From Geosiphon pyriformis uo1 (taxonomy: Eukaryota > Fungi > Glomeromycota): a DNA stretch of 64,000 nucleotides. The notes beneath the pieces were generated by a model. That model saw only the letters and a program-made list of their open reading frames with translations, was not told where the DNA came from and did no database searches. Location of the stretch: the NCBI GenBank assembly GCA_016748015.1, contig JAAOMT010000316.1:1-64000 (forward strand), read 5' to 3'. This document shows positions 26,709-39,418 of the stretch, one piece after another (within the stretch, counting starts at the first letter, position 1; each line of letters opens with the position of its first letter). A program made the position numbers and the translations under genes.

Positions 26709-27449
26709 NNNNNNNNNNNNNNNNNNNNNNNNNNNNNNNNNNNNNNNNNNNNNNNNNNAACCAGTGAATCGTGTCTTTCATGTCTTTTTTGGAGAAACCA
26801 GTCATCATGCCTGTATGTTGCTCCATATCAACTTCGTGACGCTTTGGAAATCCTATCATGATTTTCGTGCCTTTTTGAAAATTCTGTATCCATAGTCCCA
26901 GTATGCTCATTAGCACCATGTCTCATTTCTCCTTTAGGCATGAGAGATTCTTCTCCTCCATAGCTCTGCCAGGAGTTTAAATGCTTTTCCTCTATATTGT
27001 GAAGTTGCTCTTCTCTTTTGAATTGATGAAGTTGAAGAAAAGATTTCCAAGCAACACAAATGCATTATCAAACTTCAATATTTTGGATGAGTAAAGAAGA
27101 ATTGTAGTCTAAAAATATTTTATGCTACAAGATCATTTTTAATAAGAAATAATTGGCAATTTTTACATTCAAATAATTATTATTTTTTCATATAAATTTC
27201 CATAATAACATGTTCTTAATCGAAAGTAAAGTATTGCATTGTTTATTTTTAAAAGAATAATAGACAGGATTTTAAAATCAAAAAACTTCATTATTTTGAA
27301 AAATATTTTTTTTATAAAACAAAATCTTTAAACAAATAGGTATTTTATATGAGATTTTTTTATTTCTTAAATGTTTTTTGTACTTTAGCAAAGTATTTAA
27401 TTAAATTTTTTTTTCAAAGAAATTACTTTTTTATATTTAATCTAAAACT

Positions 27450-30104
27450 TAAAATCTTATATTTCTTATACAATCTCTTTTAAGACAATAAATATCAAGT
27501 TTTTGTAATTTCAAAAAATCAAAGTAATACTTGTATATAAAAGAAATCAATAGCTTCTTTTTGTTCTATATAAATAAAACTATACAGACAAAAAAATATA
27601 GCAAATTAAGAAATTGCAGACTTTTTTGGCTGAAAAAATAGTTTATAAGTAATAGTTTGTTTCTATTTTAATAAAAAAATTTGTGTATTAAATTATTAAC
27701 TAATTGCAATTAAGTAATTGTACAAAAATTTTATATTTTGACAATTAAATATAACTACAATAATTTTATTAATATTAATATTATTAAATACATTTTAATA
27801 GCAAAAATAAATACTCCTTTCGGCAAATTTTTTTAGTTTGAAAACTTTATTAAAGTAAAAATTTTATTTAAAATCAAATAATAGAAAACAATATTTTTTT
27901 TAAGATATTTAATATTATAACTTATTTTTTGTTTTTTAATTTCTATCTTAAATTCTGAAAATAATAAAAAAAATTTTTAAAATTTTATTTATAATATTTG
28001 TTTTTTTACTATATTCAATTTATTAATCTTAATTTTTTGTTTTAATTTTTAGTTTAATTTGAATATTCAAATTTTTTCAATATAATTATTAATAAAATCT
28101 TTTATAAAATTCACAATTTTTAATCTTGCTAATTTTTTATTATTTAAAATTTAAATGTTTTTTTATATTATTACTTATAAACAAAAAATATTGGCTAATA
28201 TTATGTAAAAACTATTGTTAATTTTCATATTTTATATGTATATTTAGATATATATTTTTTTATTATATGTTTAACAAGTACAGCCCAACTACTATCTAGA
28301 AATTAAAAACAAACTAAGTGTTCTAATACTAAATATGATTCACACACTTTTTATATATAACCAGCTATTTAAGTTAGTTCAGACTATATTACAATAATAT
28401 TTTAAAAAAAAACTTATTTAAAAAAGACATTTTTTGAACAATTTCAAATAATATAACACTATTATTAACCAATTGAATTAGCTATTTAGCAATTTTTAAA
28501 ACATTGATTTTAACACTAGTAAATTTATATTTCCAAAATAACAATAAATTAAATAATATATTATTGTTAACAACAGACAAATTCACATGGAAACTAGTTA
28601 TGTCAATATTCTTAAAGTCATATTTAACTTTCAATACAATTATTTTTCACTTCAACTTATCAATAGTTTTATTAAAAATACTTATATGTACCAGAACTTT
28701 GTTGATTTTAAAACTAAAAATACTGCTTAAAAAAAATTTTTTTAATAAATTGTTTAAACACAATAACAAAAAAACTAACAAGCTTAGTAATAAATTCAAT
28801 CAATATAATCAATTTGGTTAAATTAGATTCTAAAGAGATTAATCATAAAAAAACCAAAAAATCACTAATAATCACAAAAAAAAAGCAAAAATTATCAGAT
28901 ATAGAAATTCAAAAGAACTTAAAAGAACAAAAGTTTTAGCATAAAACTTAATATTTATAAAAAATAGTATAAATATCTTAAAAATCTTGAAAAAAAATAA
29001 TAAAAACATCTTATAGTTCAGAGCCAAATAACTTATTTCTTTAATATTTAAAACAGTGTCAATAACCAAAGATTTTCAACCAGATATGATACAAAATAAT
29101 CTTATTTTAATTTACTAAAAGAAGAATTATAATACTATTTTTATTTACCAATACTAATCAATAATTTAAAGCAGATACATAACATCTAGTTTTTTGAAAT
29201 AAACAATAGCATATTGCTAAATATAAGTAGATTTTAACATAATACAAATAATTTTATTAAACTTATTAAGTACTATTTTAATATTAACAACAGATATAAC
29301 AGCAGCAAAAAAGAATCAATTTCAAAAACCACCAGAAATTTGGTGATTTTAAGAATAACTAGGTAAACAAAACTTGTAAACTTGACCAAAAAATAGCTTC
29401 TAAAAATTTTTAAGAAGCAAACTTTATATAAAAAAACTTTACATTGTCTTTTAATACCAATTTTGCATCCAAAAAACTATGTACAGACTGAAAAACAGTC
29501 TTAACATAAATTAATTTAATCTTGAAAGTTGTATTAAGCACCAGAATAAAGGCTATCTATTTAGCAAATTTTTAATAATCAGTAATAATTTTCCAAACAT
29601 TATTAATAGCAATACCAAAAACCAGAAAATATAATAATAAATCAGTTTTTATTTAGTTTATCCAATTTTTAAAAACAGATAACTTAACAAAAAACTGTTG
29701 TTTTGCTTTTAAAACCAGTAAAAATTTGTCAAAAAATACTATATTTAACAATATAATTACTAATTAATTTTGGCTTATTTTAAACAATATACCAGATAAT
29801 ACAATTGAAATCTCATTTAAAATTATATTTGGAATTACAAAAAAATTTAGTATAATAGCAAAAAGAAATAACTGTTTTTTTTTGGAATTTTTGGTTTTTC
29901 TGATCATTTTTAAAGAAATAATATTAATAATATTAAGTATAACAACAATAATTAAGAAAATTAACTTGTTAATGAGTTTATTATTAAAAACTTTTGGGTT
30001 TTGTGTAAAGATAAAAGCAATACTGAGACTAATCTAAGTGTGTTTTTTTGAAGAAACTTTAACTGGTAAAAAACCAGCTAAAAATGAGAAAAATATTTTA
30101 GTAA
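27450..30104 (-). mobile_element. Old, heavily mutated LINE-like element (ORF1 with zinc knuckle and decayed downstream region); continues at 49712-49850
   Basis: Minus strand reads FLAGFLPVKVSSKKHT*IS, TTFKIKLIYVKTVFQSVHSFLDAK and CFKY*EISYLALNY (~29015-29056), which reverts to a CX2CX4HX4C knuckle by transitions. LINE ORF1 assignment rests on recalled resemblance; left boundary is approximate. Confidence 0.6.
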
Positions 30105-30950
30105 TATTACAAATAATTATTTAAAGTGTTAAAATAAATAACAAATCTGTAACTTAATGCTTAATAGCTAATAATATTGATAATTTCAGAAGATTTTAGT
30201 TGAGTTTTTTGTATAATAAACAGAGATTTAATTGATGGTTTTTTTTGTGAAATTTTTTTTAACATGATGGCCAGTTTATTTTGGCAATTGTGTTTTTCTG
30301 GTAAGCTATTATTAGGTTTTCTACCCTTGTTTTTAGGTCTTTTACTAGACTATTCTTAATGTCAAATACTCAATGCTTAATTTTTTTAATTAATTAGTAA
30401 ACAATAAAAAAATAAAATAAAAAAAAATAAAAAAAAATAAAAAAAATAAAAAAAATAAAAAAAAATAAAAAATTAAATATTCTGTTAATAACCATAATTA
30501 AGAGCTATTGTTTTAGTGTGATTAAATATTAGATTTTATCAATATAGAGTATTGATAGTATAAAAGTAATTAATATTTCTTTAATCAAATAATGATAATA
30601 TGGATTAGATAATAATAGATAATTTTATTGATATAAAAATGATTTTATTTTAAGTTATAGAAAACTATTTTTTAAAAGAAAAAATATTATTGTTTAAATT
30701 AATCTGAGCTCTATTGAACTCTTTTGAATTTTTTTATACTTTTTTGCTTTTAATACTCTTGTTATATTATATAATTTATGTTATACAAGATTTTTTGAAA
30801 TTTTTCAATTTCTTAAGAAGAATTCTAAAATTTTGGAATTTTAAAATCCTGCAATTCTTCAAGAGAAATTCTAAACTTTTTTTTTTACTATATCTATTTT
30901 TGATTGGCTATTTTACCTATTATTATAATTTTTAATTTCTATGAATAACA
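30105..30950 (-). repeat. 3' LTR of the outer Gypsy
   Basis: tattacaa...aataaca; colinear with 38309-38442 joined to 49027-49711. Confidence 0.9.
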
Positions 30951-32061
30951 TTATTTTTTTCTTTTAATATTAAGCTTTATTGAAATTTCCTAAATCTCTT
31001 AAATTTATACTAATATGTAAATAAAATTTCAATCTAATAACAGTTTTTCTAGAATATTTAAGATTAAATCTTATATTAGTATCATATATGTATTTTGACA
31101 TGATATTTTCATTATTATCACTAAAACATTTAAGTTTCTTTAAATGATTTAAAAGCATAATATATTGTTTGAAATTGTAATCAGAGTTTGAATTATTGTT
31201 ATTATGGTTGCCATAATAAACAGTATTAGAACTGTTGTTGTTATTATCATCAAAATCTGAATTATAATTGAATTTTGATTTTAATTCTAAAGTGCACTTA
31301 TTAATTGGTTCTTTTTATTCAGGAATTAAATAAATTTTGTGTGATAGCAGATTGTAAATAAAGTCACAATTATCTCAATATTTGAAGTTACTGGAAATTA
31401 AGCAATATTTACAGAGTCTAATATTTAATTGTTCTAAATACTGCTTTTGTTTTTCTCAAGTAGATATTAAATCTTAATAGTAAAGTAGTTTTTTTCTTGG
31501 TTTTAATAAGTATAGAATGTATCAACCATTATATGTTTTTTTTGTGAAGATAATAGTTTATAGTTTATTATCTTTTTTTTTTCTCCTGTTGTTTTAAGAG
31601 AGTATTAGTGGCAGTTTGTTGTGTTTGTTTTCAGTCTATAAAACTTGATAGACTTTCCAAATAAGTTTTTTTTTTGAACTTAATTAATAATAATTATATG
31701 GTAGTGTTTGTTTTAAAGTGGCTTCAAGTGACTGGTATTCAAGTATGCTGACTATTTTGACTAAGTTGTTGCTTCTGTGTATTCTAGTCAAGTATAACAT
31801 TGGTCTTAGACAACCAGTTATTACTAATAAGAGCTTGGTATTGTATAATTTTCATCACAAAAATTTTGATAAATGCTATAATACTATTGACTTTGAATAG
31901 AAAGTTGTCAATTTTGCAAATAGGAGTCTTAATTGTTTTATTGGCTATAATAATTCTGGCACTAACAATACAATTAATTTGGCAATTTAGTTCAGTCAGA
32001 AAGATTTTAAATTTTGTAAATCAATTCTGGAATAATTCACAAAAAATTCTTATAATCTAAT

Positions 32062-35000
32062 TAGTGTTCAGCATTATTAGCATAAAAAATTTAATAATAT
32101 TTTATTAATCAAATACTTCAAATAAAAATCGAAACTAACAGTAAAAACATACTTTTATAAACACAAAGTTTCAGAATTTATAAAAATCCACACAACTTTA
32201 CATAGTAGTTTTTTATTAAATTGGATTTAAAATTATGTCTTGCTTTATAATGAATGCCAAAAACTTACTCTATTTATTTGAATCTTTTACTAATAAATAT
32301 GATGAAAGTCAATTAGTAAAATGTAAGACCAAAAAAAGTCAAAGATGGTGACATGTATCAACTAGTGTTATGGCAGAAAGAATAACAGAAATAACTAAGT
32401 ATTTTCCTAGATTAACTATATTACTTGACTCTCTAAACAATTACTCTTTATGTAAAAGACATTATAATCAGATTGTTGTAAAAAAGTCTTTTATTAAACA
32501 AATTACTAAATTAAATGATTCAACTTTTTTAGATTTAAAAAAAACAGAAAGAAAAAGACCAAGACTTTCTAATAATAACAAGTTGTTAGAATTAAAAAAA
32601 ACTTTTTCTGATTTTGAAGTTCAAGTATTTTTGCCAAATCTAATATATGAAGTTTATATAAAATAAATACAAGAGCTAGAAAATATTAATTAGCAATTAT
32701 TATCTAAGAATACAACATTAAAAAAGTAATTAGATGAAACATTTAATAATCAACAAGATTGGATTAAATCTGTAAAAGAAATTGTCAAAAGGAAATAAAA
32801 TAATTTGTATAATAATATAATAAGTTTGAAAAAAAATTATGAACATTTTAGTCTAGATAGTTTTTTAGAGTATTGTTTTTTAACATGGCTTGCAAAATAA
32901 AATTCAGTTATTGTAAGATTTATTAAAACTCTTACTCATAATAAAGATAAATATACAAATGAAGGGAAAAAGCTTTTTAAGTGTGCTGTAGCAGTTAATA
33001 CTATATATAGATTAAAGCACTTAAAATATGTTTCTGCTATTAATTTAGCCATTTCAACAATCAAATATTCAATAGCAAAATCAAAAATAGTCATTGAAAT
33101 TGATAATTATATTATAAATTCTGGTTGTTATAAAAAGTTTATTAACTGGTTAGAAAGTTTGGCTATAGAACAGTCAAAGTTTCCCAAAGAATTTTTATTT
33201 TTAGCCTTTGATAATGAACAAAAAAATCAAAAAAATTACTTAGATTGCAGATATAATACAATTATATTCAATATTATTATGAGTTTTGTTGCTTTTAATT
33301 ATGATTAAATTAATAATATTCAAAATATAAATCCTTGGTTGTATTCTAAACTTCCCAAGAAAGAATATGAGAAATTATTTTCTTTAACTTCAGGTATAAT
33401 AAATGAAATTTATAAAGAATTTACTAATTATTTTACTATTATTTTAGAAGAGTTTTGTATAGAGAAAAGTCAAAAAACAAATATGATTAATAAATTAATA
33501 CAACATCAAAGCCAAATTGGTTCTCTAAAAAAATGCCCAGCTTGTCAATTGTCTAATATTAATAATAAGAAGTGAGTTTGTTCTACATGCCATAACAAAT
33601 TACCAATAATTACTGAGATAAATTAATTGAATAAATTAGTTAATATTACCGAAAAATCCATTTCTCATTCTTACACATTTGAAAATACACAATTGTATTC
33701 GAAAATTGAAGTTTATATACTGTAATTATATGTTTTTAATCTAATAGCTATAAACTCAAACTCAATTGCCAATATTTGAAAGATTTTTGAGCATATTGAA
33801 GAACTACCTAGCATTAAAAATGATAGCTGCAGATGAATTGTAATAATATGTAATAGAATATTTTATTATTATGTACAAATGATCAAAAAAGACTTTATTT
33901 GACTTATATTGTTTTTAGGTGCTTTTCATAAAGAGATAAATATGCTAAAAGCATTTGTTGAACTGAATTGGAATATTAATATAAAATACTTTGCACAATG
34001 TTAGATATATCAGAGTAAAAGTCAATTGTAGTTTTTTAAAAAATGTCCTAATTATCATAAGTCATAAGATTTAATATGTAATATATATAAACATATAATG
34101 GCTTCTAAATTAAAATGGCTATATGTTGTTTCTAAGAAAAATCTATTTGTTGAAGATTACTTAAAATGGGCCCAAAATAAAACAAATTTCACATTTAGAT
34201 TAAAGTATAAACAAGTCTTTTTTTATTTATAAGCAATTATTAACTTTTGCACTGGAGTTTATTTCAATAGATCTTTATTAAAACTCACAACTAGACAAAT
34301 GTTTGCACCAATTTGGTCTGCTCAGTGCCATTCTATTTACCAATTAATTAAAATTGTTAATAAAGAACAATAACTACAATTGAAACCTGAAGTTTGCAAG
34401 CTAATTCAAAAAAAAATTGTAATTTTTTGATCTAAACTTTCAAATTAATATCAAGACTATAATGCAATACTTAAAGAAATTAACAAAACACTCAAATTAT
34501 TGATTTTTTTTACACTTTTTACAATGGCATTGGGAAATTGTAGCACATAACTGTATCAGATTTAAGAGATTGTGTACTAACTTTTTTAATGTTATTGGAT
34601 ATTCTAAAAGTAAAATATACAGATTTCATATATGTCTTAGCTTTATTGCTAAATCAAATTAATTTCAAGTTCAAATAAAAAAGACACAGTTTGTAAATTC
34701 AAATGCTCTAATTGTGTTTTTTGTAATATTGGCCATAAATGAATATTAATTAAAGAAATAAAAAAATTCAGTAAAATTGCACAAATGAAAAAAATAAACT
34801 TTTTTAAAGCAAGATAAATTAAAAAAACATTATTAAATATTCGGAAACCAATTCTAATAACAAGTGAAGAAACAGATTATCAAAAAATATAAATTTATTA
34901 ATAAAATCACAACTATTATTTATTATTAACTCTCTAATATTTCTTTTAAATAATCATATTTTCAAAGCTTATCAAGTTAATCATGTAACAGCCTAATAAA

Positions 35001-35250
35001 TATCTTTCAAGAAGTTAGAAATATATTGTATTGTGTACAGTTTTGTTTATATTGGGTTGGGTATATTACCATTTATAATTGGCATTTTTAAAACATAATA
35101 TGTTGAGTCTAAGTCCGAATTTCTATTCTGCATAATTATGTTTAGATTATGAAAAGCATTCAACACAAATTTATTTGTCCCAAAAAAGTTGATTTTTAAT
35201 ATATCTTTAAAACTATCAGTCAAACTTTTGCTCGCTAATACTAAATATTA
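32062..35250 (+). mobile_element. Degenerate DNA transposon with Academ/DUF6589-like DDE transposase
   Basis: TIRs tagtgttcagcatta (32062-32076) and taatactaaatatta (35236-35250; 11/15, all 4 mismatches transitions). Flanks atctaat/gtcaaat. Broken ORF ~32236-34900 with LAFDNEQK (~33204), CPAC-CSTC (~33535-33590), IICNRIFY, LGAFHKEINML (~33915) and YQDYNAILKEINK (~34450). Superfamily call is from motif recall. Confidence 0.7.
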
Positions 35251-38200
35251 GTCAAATAATAAATATGATTGTTAGTATGAAGCTCTTTTTTAATCATAAA
35301 TGTCAAAGTTGGTGTAAAAATGTATTTATTGGGTATATATTAGAATTTTTATGCTCTGAGTTTTATTACTGATCACATTTTTCTTTCTAAGAAAAAGTAA
35401 ATTCAAACTCTGTTCTTAGTTAATTTGCTTAAGCAATGTTCTATTAATAAACTTGTTCTCAGAGGATCCTATTGGGCCATTATTCTCACTTGTAGGTCTA
35501 TTAATTTCTTCTTCTAATATGGAGAAAAAGTAATCTTGTTAGCTAAAATTTGATTCAAAGTAACTTTATCAATACCCACAGCAACAGTTTCCAAAGCACT
35601 ATCAGCCTCTAAAGCACTACTAGTCTTTAAAACACTAAGAGCAACAATACTGTATTATATATTAACTATTATTAAAACTTTCATAATACCCACAAACAAC
35701 AAGTCAGATATAATAGTTCTATTATTGTCTTTTAATAGTAGTGGTGACTTATAAAGAAGAAAAGTAATTGAATATTGTAATATTTCAGAAATTTTGTTTA
35801 ATATTTTATGATTATTTTCAGAAATTTCTCTAATTTTTTTTACTATCATAAAAAAAATGATTTCTATTGACAAATTGGGAAATCTCTCTGACTGTAGTTA
35901 GTTTATAAATTGTTGTGTCATAATACTGTTTACTAACTTACTATTAAGAATTAGCTTAATAAATTGGCCATTAATATTGGTATCTATGTGCATTACAGTG
36001 ATTAGTTTAGTATTAAGAACAACTTTACTAAATAAAAGTGTTGTTGCTGATTCTTCTAATTTGAAAAAAAAATGACTACAAGTAATTTGTTTTTAGTAAT
36101 TATTGCTGGTAAAATATTGTTGGTAAATAGTGTTAAATTGGTTTTTAAGTTGTTGGATAAATTGTTTTTTAAAGTAACTAAAAGACTTAAATAGTTTTGC
36201 AAATTCAGATTTTGGGTGTACCTACTTTTTAAATTTTTTAAATGCAATTTTGATGTCTAATTTAAAGAACTAAAAATTGGTTGATACATAATTATTGCCA
36301 ATTTTTAGGCTTGTTAGATATGTATAATTTTCAGTTTTTGGTTTCTGATTAACATTTGAGCTTAGTTTTGTGATAATGTTTAAATTTGTTAAGGTTGATA
36401 AATAATTTGTGACTGCAGCTAATATATTATCAGTACTGGAATCTAATATATTAAAAGTGAATATATTAGTTGTTGTATTATTTAAGAATAATATAACTAA
36501 TATAGATATAATCTTAATGACAAATTGTTAGTATAGTTCTAATTTGAAACCTGTGATCAAAGTTTTAATATTGATTTTCTGATTGTTAGTTATTAAATCT
36601 AGAACAGCAATTTGCTTTTGGATGGCTTTGTTTACCATAATAGTAACAATTATGCATTTTTTGTTGTTATAGTTAATTTGATGATAATGAACATAATGGA
36701 TTTTGGAAGTAATTAAAGTTTTCTGAATTGTTAAAATTTTAAGAAAACTAATAAATTGCTTAATTGTTAACTAAGTATCTCTTTAATTTTTGATTAATAA
36801 AGTCACTGAATTGTTTCAATTTAGAATTCAATTCAGATAATCTATTCATTACTAGATTTATAACTTGGGCATAATTGGTTTTGAGTTTAGCCAATTCAAA
36901 ATTTCTGGGATGTGTAACTGTATTTTAGAAAGTATTTGAGTATATTAGACATAATTATTATAAAAAATTACTGCATAATTCACAAATAAATTGATTCAGA
37001 ATTTGTGATACTGTAAAATAGTTGGTATTAATTGCTTGAATTTGGCACAAATTTTTGTGGAAACATTCCAAGTAAATAGTAACTGCTTTAATATTATTTT
37101 GTTTAATTGTAGTAAAACTAGTTAATAAGTGATTAATACTATTATTATTGCTAAAATATTATAGAAATATGGTTTTGAATATGTTAAAATTTTGGGATTT
37201 GTTTACAAAATTTTAATATCATAAGTTAATAGTATCTTGTAAAAAGTAGAAAATTGTTTAAAAAACTTTGGTGTTATTTTATCTGTTGACTGTAATGGCT
37301 TTTGTTATATTGTTTAGTTATGCTTGAACATTGTTTTCTTTGTCAGTAAATTTCTTGAATTTAACAATAGATATATATGTTATTAGTGCAAATTATTGTT
37401 ATTATTGTTGTTATTGTGTGGTAATTGATACAATTGGTGGATTAATTATAATAATTAAAGGTAAATTTTACTGAAAAATAAGAGTAAAATTTGGATTGTT
37501 CAGGTTTTATGGAGTTTGAGCAATTAGAGTTTGTATTTTTAGATTATTTAAAATTGGATTTTAATTATTATTTCCCTAATTACTGTCTTTTTTTTTCTGA
37601 TTTAGTATCTTCTTAATAACTAGTAAATCTGAAATTTGGTTAAGATATTAGTAATTAAAGTTTTAATAGTATTGTTGATTACAATTTAAATCCTTTAAAG
37701 AAATTATTATAAGTTCTTAATAATTTGGCTTTTTTTGATTATTTTGAAATAGTACTTTAGATAATGGTGTTTTTGCCATTAATATTGATATAGATTCAGA
37801 TAATATGTGTTTTTACTTTTTGGTATATGATAATATAACAAGTAAATAGATAAAATAACTCTTGGTTTTTTTCAAATAAACAGTTGTATTTTCTTTAATA
37901 AATTCTGCTGGAGTTTGTAATTTCTCTTTATCTGTGAAGATAATAGGAAATTTCTGCTGGGTGTACTTTTTAATTTTTCAATTTATCTTTGTAATTAGTG
38001 GGACAAACAGATAGTTTAGTGGAAAAATAGTGATTTGTAATAATTTATTATAGAAATTTTTGAGAACAACTTTTAGATCTTTTTGGTTTCTTAAGTAAGA
38101 TTTAATTTTTTTATTAATGTAAAAATTAAAAGCTAATTTTGCTGGCCAATAGTTATTTGTTAGTTCAAGATGAGTTTAGTAATGTTAAAATAAGAATTTT

Positions 38201-38442
38201 GCAAATTTTAAATGATTTTTTCTTATGATTTTTTGGTCTGCCACTTTTTTAAATAGTCAATATTAGTGCTAGTTTTCTGTTGAATTATATTTTACAAGAA
38301 GCAACAAATATTACAAGTGATTATTTGGGGTGTTAAAACAAATAACAAATCTGTAACTTGATGCTCAATAGCTAATAATATAAATAATTTCTAAAAATTT
38401 TGGTTGAGTTCTTTGTATTATAAATAAAAATTTAATTGATAG

Positions 38443-39404
38443 TGTTATTAGTAGAATTTTAGCTATTAATTAACATGAAATTACTCTTCTAATCTTTAGT
38501 ATTAATTAGTATATATTATTATTATTTCAATTATTACTTATTAGTTAATTAAATTATCAAATATTATCATTTAATTAATAACCTGATTTGTATTATAGAA
38601 ATTAAGATGATTAAATTACACAATACTCTAAACTATTTAACATAGTCAAATTCGCCAAAATTAATAAAAATTAGCCGAAATAATCAATAGTTCATAGAAA
38701 TAATTTGTAGTTCACTGAAATGTATTTTTAGTTTGCCAAAATTATAGCAAAGAGAAAAATACAAATTCAAAGACTAGTATTATAACAAATTGTATAAAAA
38801 AAGAGCTTTTTTCTTCAAAAAAATATATCTTATCATAGTATTTTACTTTAGATATTTTATTTAGAACAAATCATTTCTTATATATTCTTACAAAATCAAA
38901 TAAAAATTAAATATTTAAAAACCAAATTCTTAATTATTATACTTGAAATTCACAAAAACCCAACTAACATTTTAAAATTAATTAGCTACTAATTTCAATA
39001 ATCTGTTAGTGACTTCAGGTTTGAATAGAAAATATTTCTCTTAATAGAACTTTATTTCTTTTATATTTTTTTATTTTTTTATTTTTTTTTATTATAATTA
39101 TTAGGAAGCCTACAAACAAGATTTCTGTAGAAAAATTGACTTTTACAGCAAAGTAACTGCAGATTTAGTAAGCTTTCAGATAAGCAATTCCTAGGAAAGA
39201 GTTGACATTTACTACAACATAATTATATAAAGTTATTGACATGGAATTGGTTATTCTATTTATAAACTCAGCAGTTCAAATTATAGAAGACAATTTGAAG
39301 ATAAATTCAGTTATTAAAGGTCCAACTACTTCCAAAAAATGTAGATTCATAACCAACAGGCATTAACAACATTTAAGAAAAGAGACCAAAAACCTTTGGT
39401 AACA
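38443..39404 (+). repeat. 5' LTR of the inner Gypsy
   Basis: tgttattag...tttggtaaca; colinear with 48085-49026. Confidence 0.95.
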
Positions 39405-39406
39405 TT

Positions 39407-39418
39407 TGGTGCTCTTCC
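39407..39418 (+). promoter_or_regulatory. Primer-binding-site-like motif
   Basis: TGGTGCTCTTCC, 2 nt after the LTR end; TGG complements the tRNA CCA. Priming tRNA not identified. Confidence 0.7.
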
